Of a stretch of DNA of 64,000 bases, positions 1 through 12,100 are shown in pieces. The notes beneath the pieces are model-generated. The model searched no databases. It saw only the letters and a list, made by a program, of their open reading frames with translations, and had not been told where the DNA came from. The stretch comes from Amphiscolops sp. MND2022. Lineage: Eukaryota. Each line of letters starts with the position of its first letter. The first letter of the stretch is position 1. Made by a program: the position numbers and the translations under genes. The DNA is taken from assembly GCA_964187785.1 (NCBI GenBank), contig OZ076417.1, forward strand, positions 20,522,001 to 20,586,000. The letters are read 5' to 3'.

Positions 1-11
1 AGAAGGGCTGC

Positions 12-234
12 TAAGGTAAGTCAGGAAAAGTTCAAAGAGTGAATTAAAATGGAATGATTCAATGTAACACAAGCTGTATCAAGCAACTGTACTTTATCAT
101 TGAGAATGTATCTATCATTGTAACTACATGACTTCAGAACATAAGATCATTGGCAGGTAGTTTTGTGTCATATCATTCGCCAAGGTTTATCATTGACACT
201 TGTTGGATTGACACATGTCGATGCCAGTGTCACA
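12..234 (-). repeat. 3' LTR of element 1 (223 bp)
   Basis: Direct repeat of 5663-5883; by eye it differs by one substitution and two small indels (5 bp and 3 bp). Confidence 0.97.
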
Positions 235-245
235 TTCCCTCCTCC
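235..245 (-). other. Polypurine tract of element 1
   Basis: GGAGGAGGGAA on the minus strand, immediately before the 3' LTR. Confidence 0.9.
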
Positions 246-540
246 GTGGCGTTCAGGGAAACCAGTCATGCTGAGGGGGGGGGTAGCTTCTGATTCGGGG
301 AAAAGGGGTAATTGGGTATCTCCTCGGAGTGGTGAATGTGTACTCAGTTCCTAAATGGATCACCGTTAAAAATATTCAACACCACCTAGTTTAACTATTT
401 TTTTTGCGGTTCTTATCCTTTCAGTTCTACGTGGTTCTATGGTTGGATCTAGTGGATTACTTTCCCCGTTAACATTTTGTTTTAGCCGTATTTTACCTGT
501 AACGTCCTGAGGTACGGTTTCTATGCCGGAAGTGCTTTGA

Positions 541-3500
541 CTACGGATCGGTGTTTCTGACCGTATGCGCTCGACTTCCCGCCCGATCATGTCCTTGAGT
601 GTGATGTCTTCGGTGTCCTCTTCTTCTGAGGTAGTCATGTTGGCTTGATTTTTTTGTCGGTTCCGAATCGTTGCTGGAGGAGTCGTATAGTACCACGCGG
701 CTGTATGATCGCTTCTTTGACGGCATGGTCGGAATTGTGGTGTGGCTGGTGCTGGGTTCGTTATTGTTGCTATCTTGTCTGGCCGCCTCAAGACGTAAGT
801 GCGTTTCACACAATTCGCCACTGCTCAATTTCCCGCATCTGCGGCATCTGTTGGTTGGCCGTCTTTGTTCTTCGGGTTTTCTTGATGTCTGAAATTTCAG
901 GGGTTTTGATGCCAATTTTTTGTGTATTACCCTCCCTTCAGAAGTAGTTACCGTATGTCCTGTTTCTGCTACCGCTGTTAAAACCTTATTTGTTTTAAAA
1001 CTACATTTCATGGAATTCGGTTTGTTTTCCTTCTCATAAAATTGGTAGTTTTTAAACTCCCGGCTTACCGAACGTCCTCTTTTCTTTGATTCGTTTAGCA
1101 CCAGGTAGTCGGCCAGTTCTCCCCCAGCATCGTTAATAGTGACGACCTGTAGTTCTGTTGGTTGGGCTGAAATATAATTGGTTAACGTTCTCTTCCAATT
1201 AGAGAGTAGGCATTCCGGCTTGTCTATTAAATTGATCAAAGCAGTGCGCGGTTTTCTACCTAAATGCATTTGGAAAGGTGTCATTTTCAATATTCTGTGT
1301 GGCGTCTGTCTAACTGTTCTTATCGCCATTTGGACGCTATCTTCAAAGGTTAAGCCGTCTGCCATGTTTGCTCGGGTAAGCGATTTAATCGTCCGAATAG
1401 CTCGTTCGACCAGACCGGTGCCGGTATGTAAGTTTGGAGTGCATCGTATACGTTTAATGTTTTGGTCTTTACAGAACCGTTTGAATTCGATGCTTTTAAA
1501 GCAACTACCGTTGTCGGTTCGAATAACCCGTGGTATCCCGTTGTCCGTAAAATACTTAGTTAAAAATTTTTGGACGGTCCGTGTGTCCGCGTTTTTGCAA
1601 ATATGTGCGGTCGGCCATTTGCTAAAACGGTCAATGGCTACTAAAATGTATACGTCGCCGCGCGTTCTTGATTTAATTGGACCGGCGAAATCCAATTGGA
1701 TTTCTTGATTGGGTTCCGTTACAATGTCTAAATTGTTTTTCTCCGTGGACGGAATTTGAGTAATGAGATTCTTACCTGCGGCTCTACAGCTTGGGCAGGA
1801 TTCAACTTTCTCGTGGATTTTGCGGTTCATTCCTGGCCACCAGAAGGCTTCAGCTAATTTTTCCATTTTTCCGGCCGATGTATGTCCGTGGTGTAACATA
1901 GCTATCACCGTTGTTCGCATGTTCTCCGGGATCACTATCCTGTCGTTGTAGAACAATAGGCCAAAACTCGTGGACAGATGTGACCGGTGTGGACGATAGG
2001 GATAGAAAATGCTATCCAGTTGTTGGCTTTCGATGGCCGCGATTGCATTGAGCATCTTTATGTCTCGTGCTGTTTCGTCTACAAGTAGTGGAATGTCTAG
2101 CGCGAAATCCTTTTCCACTCTTTTGATGGCTTCTTCTGTGCCTTGTTTTTGGTCGCTGCTGAGTGTGTTTTTGTCGCTGTCTGTTTAAGTCGGATCAAGT
2201 TTACGGTTTCGTGCTTCTTGAACTTCTTAAAAGCGTTTGTGGGGCACTTGTCTCGTTTGATGTGGCTGGTCTCGCTTTCTCCATCTGATTGATTGTTGTG
2301 CAGCCAAGATTCGTTGTTGTTTTGCTGGTATTCCAGCAGAGGTGTCGTCTCGAGTGTTTCACAATATCGGAAGAAGCGGTTGTAATTTTTGATGTTTATC
2401 TCTGCAATTCTTTTTCTGCTGGCCTGATTTGGTCGATACTCCTGTATCCGTTCACTTTCTTTGCCTTTCCCGACAATTCGTGTCCGATCTGGCTTCAGTA
2501 GGTGGTTTCTCTCGATCCACAGGCGTTTGGTTTCTGGGGAATGGCCCCTTTTCTTGAAAATGAAATTCATGTCAATGCCATTGACTTTGTCCATTTTTGA
2601 ATTTGATGATTCGCGATCGATAACGTTAATTGGCGGCGGTGAGGTTTTAAACAAATGAGTGTTTAAGTTCTGCTCGCATGTATTTTTGTCGTGCTGTGAT
2701 TGGTCGAAATTTTCTCTCGCGTTCAGTTGTTCGGTGAATCGCTTTATGCTTCCTCGCTCTCGATTGAATTCAAATAGGCCGTATATTTGGTTAACGACGA
2801 ACTCTTCGTCGGCTTCCGCTTCGTTTTGTCCGTCCGCTTTGTCTTCTAATTCGGCAATTTCGGTCGGTACGATCGGATGACGGCTTAAGTAATCTGTAAG
2901 TGGAATGTTTTTGCCGGCCGTGTATTGAATATTAACATCGAAGTGGCTCAATCTATCCAATCAACGAGTCAACCGTGCGCTGTATTGTTTGTGTGCCCGA
3001 TTCTTTTCAGTAACGGTTGCAGTGCCTGGTGGTCTGTTAGCAAATTAACTCTCTTACCGTAAACGTAATATCGGAAGTGCTCTAATCCCCATAAAGCTCC
3101 CAATAACTCTAGTTCATTTATTGCGTATTTTCTTTCGCAATCGGTTAAAAATCTGCTGGCAAAAGCTATGGGCCTGAATACTATACCTTCTTTCTGCCAC
3201 AGGGTCGCTCCCAGTCCAGTGTTGCAAGCGTCTGTTGTGATGTAGTTATCCCTTTTTGGGTCGAAGTGGGCCAGACACGGGCTTCCGTAATTTCCTTCTT
3301 CAATTTTTCAAAATCGTCGTCTATCTCTGCTGTCCACTCCCATTTGACATCCTTTTTGAGTAATCTCCTCATTCGATCGGTTTTCTTTGACAAGTTATTG
3401 ATGAATATGGACAAGTGTTGTATCGAACCAAGGAAGGATTTTAACTACTTCGCGTTTTTTGGTGCGGCTAATTTCGTAACCGCCTCCGTTTTGTCCTTGA

Positions 3501-5634
3501 TTGGTTTTACGCCATTCTGATTAATAAAGTAGCCGAGCCAGGTTAGTTCTTTCTTGAACAGTTCCGTTTTCTTTTCACTAGCTCGGTATCCGGCGTTTTG
3601 CAATTTCTTCAGGACTTCTCGTACTTCTTTTTCATGGTCGTCAATGCTTCCGTTCGTCACGCAAATGATGTCATCTAGCCAGACGGGAGTTTTGAATTCT
3701 AGCACATTATCGATGTGTTCCTCGAACACCGTTGGAATGTCGGATAATCCATAAAAACCTTTCGTGAAGCGATAATGACCAGTGAAGTCTCCGCCAATAA
3801 TTGAAAATACACAATGTTTGGCTGCTTCTTTTGCTAATTTTGCCTGACCGTAGGCGTAATCTAGGTCTATCTGAGACATCCAGATTTCGCCTTCGCCGTT
3901 AGTTATTTTAGCGGAGATTTTGCTGATTAAGTCCTCCATGTTTGGCATTGCTGCTTTTCGTTTTATGCATGCCTCGTTAAGTTTTCTTGAATCCAGGGCA
4001 ATTTTGACCAACTTGTCTTTTTTGATGGTTATGACGGCGGGGGAAAAAAAGCAATTTTCTGTAGTTTCATCCGCTTTCTCGATATGTCCCGATTTGATAA
4101 GTTTCTCTAGTTCATCTCGGACATTTTTCTGAAAGTGTATGGGAACTGGCCGTCCCTTTTGTTGTATGGGCTTTACATCTTTCTTCAGCTGGATGTCAAT
4201 CGTTAGGTCTTTTATGGTGTGGTTGTTTTTGAATAAGTCTTCGTGTTCGCTGATAATTTTCTTTCGTCTATCATCTTCTTCCACATAGCGGATCACATTT
4301 GTCATTTTGCTGCCTTGCAATCCAATTTCCAATTTATCCAGCCAGTCTAATCCCAACAGTGGTTGTGTGTTTTTGTTCTCTGTGATCAGGATAGGTAGTG
4401 TCTCTTTGCTTTTTTCCGTTTTCACTTCGACCATCGCCTCGCCTTTGAATTTGATGGGGTTTTTATTCACGTCGACGAAAGTTTTTGTCGTTTTCTTTAT
4501 GTCTTTTGGTGTGATAATTGGAGGTATGATAGTCACGGGTGAGCCTGTATCAATGATGAATTCTATTGGTTGGCCATGGACCAATAGGATTGTTTTGTAA
4601 AAGTCAATTCGGTTCACACCGTTGACGGACTGAATGTGATCAATTTCCGGCCATGGTTCGGTACTGCTGTCCGATGAAACCATTTCTTTTATCCGGCTGA
4701 CGGTCTTGGATTTGCATACTTTGGCAAAATGTCCCATCTTTTTACAATTATTGCATTGAGCCTTCCGTGTCGGACAAATATGTTCCATTGACCAGTTTGG
4801 TTTTCCGCAAAAGTGGCTATCCCGGTTTGAAAATTTCTTCTTCTCGGTAAAATTTGTTTTGCGTTTCCGTGATTGGTTAGTATGACCGATCAGTTCGGTG
4901 GATGTCGAGCTGTTTGATGAATCTTTCCGGGCTTTTTTGCTTTTCGGCCTCTTGTCCCCGTACTTTCGGTTGTAATTATCAAGTTCTATCGTGTCGAGGA
5001 CGAGTTTTAATTTCAAAGGGCCTTTTATGAATTTATCACGGGCTTTCTTGTCTTTGATTGTTGATGCAAATTTGTATGTAATAATTTCCTCTGCTGTGAT
5101 GTTGCCGAAGTCGCACTTTCTCTCGATGTCTACGAGTCTCTTCCAGTATTCATCGAGTGTTTCGCTGTCTTCCTGCTTCATGTTAAAGAATTGTGCTCGG
5201 CTATGAAATACATTTCTTGCAGGGAGGAAAGTTTTCTTGAATAGGGTCAGTAGTTCGGGAAGATTCACTTCTTTCAGTTCGCGGCCCCATTGGCCTCTCA
5301 TGATTTCGTGCTTGGCCTTTGGGCCAAGTGCCCAGATGACATCACCCTTGATGTGGTAGACTGTGTGGGGGTCCATGTATTCTGTCCCTTCGTCGATGAT
5401 TTCTTCTAAATTTCGGTTGTATGTCAAATGGATATATTCCGAAATCTGCTCCCACTACATTTTGGGGTTGATTTTGGTGAGGTCTGTTTCCCTGTCTGAT
5501 AGAATGGGAATTTTGTATTTGGTTTTCTCCATCCGTTCTGACGATGTTGTGATGTTATTGTTTGTTCTGGATGGTCGTTCCGATGTATTCGGCTCACCTT
5601 CGCTTAGATTCGGATTGGTGTTGTTGTTGTCCAT
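541..5634 (-). pseudogene. gag-pol polyprotein of element 1 (gag, protease, RT, RNase H, integrase), disrupted
   Basis: The ATG at 5634 is in frame with ORF 3445-5427 but is interrupted by a TAG at 5455-5457. Frameshifts split RT/RNase H (~3445, ~2990) and the linker from the integrase (~2100). Integrase ORF is 541-2118. Confidence 0.93.
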
Positions 5635-5648
5635 TGTTTTGATCAGAT

Positions 5649-5662
5649 TGCTGACTGCGCCA
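5649..5662 (-). other. Primer-binding site of element 1 (tRNA-Ser type)
   Basis: TGGCGCAGTCAGCA directly after the 5' LTR, complementary to a tRNA 3' end ...TGCTGACTGCG-CCA, which I recall as a metazoan tRNA-Ser. Confidence 0.85.
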
Positions 5663-5883
5663 TAAGGTAAGTCAGGAAAAGTTCAAAGAGTGAATTAAAA
5701 TGGAATGATTCAATGTAACACAAGCTGTATCAAGCAACTGTACTTTATCATTGAGAATGTATCTATCATTGTAACTACATCATGACTTCAGAACATAAGA
5801 TCATTGGCAGGTAGTTTTGTGTCATATCATTAGGTTTATCGTTGACACTTGTTGGATTGACACATGTCGATGCCAGTGTCACA
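5663..5883 (-). repeat. 5' LTR of element 1 (221 bp)
   Basis: Minus strand reads TGTGACAC...TTACCTTA, bounded by the TSD and the PBS. Confidence 0.97.
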
Positions 5884-6653
5884 GCTGCCTCGCTGTTTTG
5901 CAACTTACAACTAAAGGTGCAATTAATTTCTACACTTCTGAATAGTAAGTCGTTCAAGTTCGGGGAATTTATTTTGGAAAACGTTCATCATCATTTGGCG
6001 ACAAAAGTCCTTGAGGCATGCCAATGCAATCATTCTCATATCTTTTTCAATTTTTTCAACACTTTTCTGGCTAGAAAGTCCACTCAGAAAGCGGAGTTTC
6101 GTGTCGTTTCATAACCAACGCTAAGCTGGTTTAAATGCATATACGGACTCTTTTCATGCTAATAGCAACCGCTTTTAGCCGTTTTAATCATTTTTCTTGG
6201 TTTTATTACATTCTTGGCGTGAAATTTTGCATACTTGGCGCCAAGGTTGTTCGGTGCCAAAGCTGAGTCTTTTATATATGCAGGAAGCAACCACGGCGGC
6301 GAAATTCTTCAAAATTTTCGAAAAGTTATTTTTTTGCAACCTTTTCTACCCGTTTCTCTTTTATCATGGAAAGGTGGTAAGCATCAGTGCGTTGCAAAAT
6401 GTCCCAAGTTCTTTTCGCCATGGCTGCTCAAGTTTTTTCCATCGGGAATGTTAGTCGATGTTAGGAACATCCATGGCAGTCGATGTTAGGAATGCAGAAG
6501 AGAATCAATTAGTAATTAGGACAGATAGCCAATTTTTGTTGGAACTTTGATGCAAAACTTTTTCCCAAAAATGTACAGTGCACTTTTCAAGTATACCTGT
6601 ATATTAGAAAAGCCGGATACACCACAAACTGACAGATTATTGACATACCACAA

Positions 6654-7055
6654 GGGCTCATTTTTAAAGTAACAAAATGGTCGAGTTTGAAAACGTAACA
6701 AAATGGCCGATTTTCAAATGTAGCAAAATGACTAATTTAGCAAATATCATTTCATTCAGTTAATTATTTCAATAATTTTCATTGGCTGCAAACCTTGTCT
6801 TCCTCCTTCCGTGGCGCTTTGGGCCCCTGTAAATCGGTCTTCGTCAAAACCACCCGCTACTCAAGTAATATCATGTCGCTTCGCTTCGTTCCTGCACGTA
6901 GGAAACTATAGATTTGTCTCCGTCGCTGATCAGGTACTTTTGGTACGCTTCAAAAGTAGGACATTTTGTAAAGCTTTAAAAGCAGCTGTTTTGTTACAAT
7001 TACATAATCGGCCGTTTTGTTACATTTGTTAAATCGGTCATTTTCTGGCGTCCCC
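6654..7055. mobile_element. Possible foldback/MITE-like element with modular inverted arms
   Basis: Repeated GTAACAAAATGGYCGA motifs at 6670-6745 are mirrored by TCGGCCGTTTTGTTAC/TCGGTCATTTT at 6985-7045; the ends are imprecise. Confidence 0.4.
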
Positions 7056-7975
7056 AGAAATGAGATAATAGCTCAACTTTTTTGTTTCCAGCTTAATCGG
7101 TCAAACATCTAAAAGTATGAATCATTTCAACGCGACCAATACAGTCATTTAAAAAAAGTATTTTTTTAACATGAACTGAGCTCAATTTTTCTAAGAGTGC
7201 ATATATTGTTTTCGAAATTTTACCGTTTACTCGATGAATTTTGTAATTATTTAATTTTTTTCACATCAAAAATGACTGAACATACTTTCTTTTTTGTAAA
7301 AACAACGTTTTTAATAATTGCAACGACAGATTATCGATTCGTCGCAATTCACAAAAATGGAAATTTATTGCCGCCATTTTTTTTTATCAAAGTTTGAACA
7401 ATTTTACTTTTCAGCTAATTTCTTCTCTGAGATATTAAAACATTCAGTCATCTAGTAATCAACATGTTCTTTCTACCACAGTAGTAGGTGCAGTGGTACC
7501 GCGATGTTTCCTATGTATGAAACATCGGCTTGGCCGTGACTTCGTTTTACATGTGCTTTTTTTTGTTGCCGTGGTTCGATCGATACTTGAACCCAACGCT
7601 AACAATAGCTTCTGTTAATGACCGCTGGTGTTGAAAGGTAATCTGAGAAGGTTCATTTTAAAATAAAATGATCATCAAATTCAAAATGTACCCAAAATGT
7701 ATTATTTGTAAATATAATCTACTTTAAGTTAACTAAAAGTTGTATTTTTCGAATTATATCAGAGCTCATAAAAGATCTAAAAAATTGCTAAAACATTTCT
7801 AAACTTCCGGCACGGCATAGGAAACCCATGTTATAAAACTTTTTCAGGGCAAAACTTTCAGGGATGAAATTGATGCAAATTAACCCGAAAACTAACTTCG
7901 ATTCCTGCCTAACGTACTTTTTCTGTGATGTTTTCTCAGCCTCTTATAATGTTGTGTTGTGTTGTTTTGTTCTAG

Positions 7976-8147
7976 CATGCACGTGCAATCTGGATCTACT
8001 ACCTGACAAAGTTGATAGAGTACGCGGACACCATGTTCTTCGTGGTGAGGAAGAAGTTCACGCACGTGACCTTCCTGCACGTGTACCACCACGCCACCAT
8101 GAGTCTGTATCTGTGGGGCATCGTCACCTTCGTGCCCACCGCCAACG
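7976..8147 (+). CDS. ELOVL: ELOVL very-long-chain fatty acid elongase, internal exon containing the HxxHH motif
   Basis: tctag|...|gtaag. Translates HARAIWIYYLTKLIEYADTMFFVVRKKFTHVTFLHVYHHATMSLYLWGIVTFVPTAN, with the ELO-family KxxEYxDT and LHVYHH motifs; ends in phase 1. Confidence 0.95.
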
Positions 8148-8930
8148 GTAAGCGGCACTAATCAGCTAATAAATAATTAATCGTGTACAGTCTGTTACGG
8201 CAAAATTGACTACAATTTGTAAACTTTTGTTACGTTTTACCATCACAAAAAAAAACATTTTTTTACAGTAGAGAGTTGTCTGGATGGATTCATCGAGAAC
8301 GGATTGTAGACTGAAGGAAATTGAACGCGAATCTAAGTTTCCGGAAATCAGAGCTTCCTGTTGGTATGAAAAAAGCTGAATTTCAGTCACTTGTTGTTCA
8401 TAAAACTTCATTTGAAAAGTAGGCCCCTGCGGGGCATAGTATTATTTCTGCTTTTAGGCTTTCATGTTCAATAATAGAAGCACATCTTAATCATTTATAT
8501 AGCGCATAATTAATCACTCTACCAGTTTACACCACCTTTGAATCTTCTCGGAATAAAGAAAATATAACTAGTAAGCGTTCGCAATTGAATGCAGGCGAAG
8601 CTCTCGGCGAACGAAGAATTAACACACGTTCGCTTTATTAGGAGTCGGAAAAAATTTTCGACTACTTATGCAATCGTGTCGTTTTTTTTTGTTTTTTATT
8701 CTCCCGAACTTTTCATGAAAATTTCAAATTTCTCAAAAACTGTCCATACGATTTTCATAAAATTAATTTTGCACAGTCATTCTACACCCAAAGGGGCCCC
8801 TGCGTGCTGAAAGGCATCAAAACCGCATGACTGGAAAGTGAGAAACAGAGCCAATATTAGCCCGAAAACGGCCAAAATTAGCCAAAAAAACAGCCATTTT
8901 TCAACTTTTTCCGATTTCTCAAAAACTGTC

Positions 8931-9131
8931 TGTGGTAGATGATAAATTCATGTTAACACTATTGTTGTAAAAAGACAATTGTGTGAAAATAAGTAATTGA
9001 TAACAACCTGCCGAATGTTACCAAAGTGGCAAAGTTAGCACCATTGCCATTTCTGAGTATATCGTTCATAATACATTTGCATACGAATTGTCTTCTATTC
9101 CGAATTGCAGTTGACACGCAGGTCTATAACA
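8931..9131 (+). repeat. 5' LTR of element 2
   Basis: TGTGGTAG...CTATAACA, followed by the PBS. Confidence 0.92.
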
Positions 9132-9146
9132 TGGCGCTGTGAGCAG
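9132..9146 (+). other. Primer-binding site of element 2 (tRNA-Ser type)
   Basis: TGGCGCTGTGAGCAG, complementary to ...CTGCTCACAGCG-CCA, recalled as the tRNA-Ser(CGA) 3' end. Confidence 0.82.
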
Positions 9147-9178
9147 ATGAAGACAACTCGAACTCACCACTCCCAGGA

Positions 9179-12100
9179 GTGACGTATTTCTGGCAAGATG
9201 CCGACAAACCTCCCAGTTATGATTGGGAACAGTGGAGGCAACTTTTTGAAGTCGCCGTATTAGCAAGGCATTCCATCTCCACTACTGAACTTCTTCGTGA
9301 GGCGGATCAGCAAAACACCAGACAAGCAGCCCTGATGGGAAACTTGGAAGAAACGCATGCAAAAAGAAAAGTAGCTAGTCTCCTATACATTTCAATTGGA
9401 AAAACGGGTCGAAAAATGCTTATGAACAAGTTCACACAAATTAATATTCTTACTATTCAGCTACAAGACATGGCACGAAATTATACAGAATGTTTTCAAG
9501 TACGACGAAATCGAACTTTAGAACGACACACATTCACTTCCCCTAAATAGAAGCCTAATGAGACTTTACACCAATTCTCGAACATTTTGAATGGACTCGC
9601 GGCGAAGTGTGACTTTGGAAATCTGTATTTGTAGTAAACATGTCAAACAAGCAGGTGCAAGAAAAACTCTGGACTGAACCCAAAGACAATCCCGCCGATG
9701 CCATCCAATTTGCAATTGCCTTTGAGGTTGGTTTAAAAAGGCAAAGAACTTACGGGTATATAAATCAAGAACCGACAATAAAGGAAGAACCTGTGTGTTC
9801 GGTGAGTGGGGCAAAGCAGAACAATCGTGAATGCTGGAGATGCAGTGCTGCAAACTTCACGTTGGACCACTTGAATCGTTGTAAAGCACCCAACTCAATG
9901 TGCAACAACTGCGGCAAAAAGGGCCACCTGGAAAAGCTATGCAATCAAAAAAAGTGATAATAATCAAAGTTTTGGCAAAAATAGAGGATTCGCCAAAAGA
10001 GTTCAGTTAGTCGACCAAGAACATACCGACGATGAAGACGAAAACTACATGGTTCTGAATGTAAAAGGAAATGAGAGTAACGCCAAACCCTACTACATGG
10101 AAGGATTTATAAACGGAAACCGATTCAAAACGATGATAGACATGGGGTCACCGGTTACAATCTACGTACTCGATGAAATAAAGAAAATAATGAGAAGAGA
10201 AAACTTACCAGTACGCGAAATGGTGGAGAGCGAACGCTACGTCAACTTCAACGCAAACCACTCCAATTACTGGGATATGTGTTTTGTGAGCTCCAAGTAA
10301 ACGATAGCTACATAAAGAAAACCAGAATTCTGATAGCGAAGAAAAGCACATAATCAAATATTGGCAGAGGATAGCTATCCACACTGAAGTACCAAGTTGC
10401 CCCAGAACAAAAAGGTGAATTAGAGGTGAATTCGATAGAAAAGGACCAAGAAATAAGCGTAGAAACTAAGCAATTCGCGAAGGAAACTCCAAAACTGTTC
10501 GAAGGACGGGAAAAAGTAACTATTCATAAATTGGAAATCAGTTTCAAGGCAGACACAAAAATTACTCAGCAAAAGAGGAGAAGGATCCCGATTCAATTAC
10601 AAAAGGCCGTAAGATGAAGAAAATGGCAGGTTACTGGAAGTAGGCAACATTGAAAAAATTAAAGAAATGAAAGATGACGTATTCATACAGCCGACAATAA
10701 TAACAGTGAAAAAAGTCCGTTCGGTCAAAATTGCGTTAGATGCAAGAGCACTCAACCAAGCCAAAAAAAAGTATAAATATTAAATGCCCAATTTGGAAAA
10801 CATGCTAGACATGGTGGCAGAAAAACTCTATGTAGAATCAGGAGAGGCGTGGTTTTCATCGGTTGATATGACCTATGCGTACGGTCAAGTACCCTTGCAT
10901 GTTTTAACGGCAAAACACTGTAACGTTCAGATAATCGGTGGAGAATCAACGGGAACAATTAGATTCGTGACAGGTTTTTATGGTCTGTCGGTTATGCCTA
11001 CAGAATTTCAAAAATTAATGGATTTGTTATTAGCAAAATTTAGAGGAGTGTTTGTGTTCATAGATGACTTTTTAATAGTAACTAAGGAAACCAAGAATGA
11101 ACATTTAGACAAAATGCGGGAATTTCTAAAAACACTTGATAACGCCGAACTACAACTAAAGTCGGGAAAATGTAAAATAGAACAAAGTGAAATTGCATGG
11201 TTAGGTTTCAAAATGTCAAACGAGGGAATTTCGCCAGTAACCACAAAAATACAAAGAATTACAGAGAAACTGCGGCCGGAAAATTTGAAACAACTAAGAT
11301 CCTTCCTGGGGGCAGTTAACCAATTTATCAAATTTTTTCCTGATCTTGCATCAACTTGTCTCCACTTAGATCAATTCTGAAAAACGACGCAAAGTGGAAT
11401 TGGACGCCAGAACACCAAAAGGCATTCTTGCAGGTAAAGGAAGAAGTAAAAAAAGTAGCTGAACTAACACATTTTAAAAGAAATAAACCGCTACAACTAG
11501 TTTGCGATGGGAGCAAACAAGCATTAGGGGCCGTCCTACAAATGCGAAGGAAACGAATGGAAACCCATTTCTTATGCATCAAGATTTTTAACAGAAATAG
11601 AAGCAAAGTATTCAATAAAAGAATTATAGTTGTTAGCAGTCGAACATTTTAAAAATTATGTGTATGGGGTTCCATTCGGTATAGTTTCAGATCATAAAGC
11701 ATTACAAAGTGTACTGAAATCAAATAAGGGAAACAAAACATACTCATGTAGACTGACAAGATGGGTAGATAGACTCTTTTTCGATTTTTTAGTTGTACAT
11801 ACGCCAGGAATAACATTAGGAATGGCAGACTATCTATCAAGGCACCCATCTATTTACAAAGGCGTCTCAAGTCAAGCTGAGGAAAATTTTAATGACTGGT
11901 TTACAGTAAATGTAGTAAAGGACGTCACGCCAAAAGTGAAAGAATTGGAGAATAGGCGAGAACCAATAAAATTGCGAGGCTGTGAGAATTCTGAGCGAAA
12001 AGCGGTAAATAGAGTATTGACAGTGCACGCGCCTACACAAACAATTAAAGACAGCCACGTAACTGCAAAACCGGCAAACAACAATTTAATGGCGTTGAAT

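Larger units (their letters stand above)
12..5883 (-). mobile_element. Full-length Ty3/gypsy LTR retrotransposon (element 1), coding region disrupted
   Basis: Two near-identical LTRs (12-234, 5663-5883) flanked by the TSD GCTGC (7-11, 5884-5888), with PBS and PPT present. Minus-strand gag-pol remnants: zinc knuckle CNNCKKMGHFAKVC, protease FIIDTGS, RT WLDD, RNase H (DACNTGLGA, TDHQAL), integrase (HHGH...CPSC, LDFAGP, TDNG, LVERAIR). Confidence 0.97.

Noticed and set aside
163-5957. Numerous + strand ORFs over element 1 (e.g. 645-947, 1178-1708, 4307-4600, 5363-5665)
   Set aside because: Antisense shadows of gag-pol with no independent motifs.
6775-6900. GC-richer patch considered as an upstream ELOVL exon
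   Set aside because: No frame gives ELO-like sequence, and it lies inside the putative foldback element.
7480-7590. A-box-like GGTGCAGTGG and B-box-like GGTTCGATCG suggesting a tRNA or SINE
   Set aside because: No cloverleaf, imperfect boxes, and no second copy in the window.
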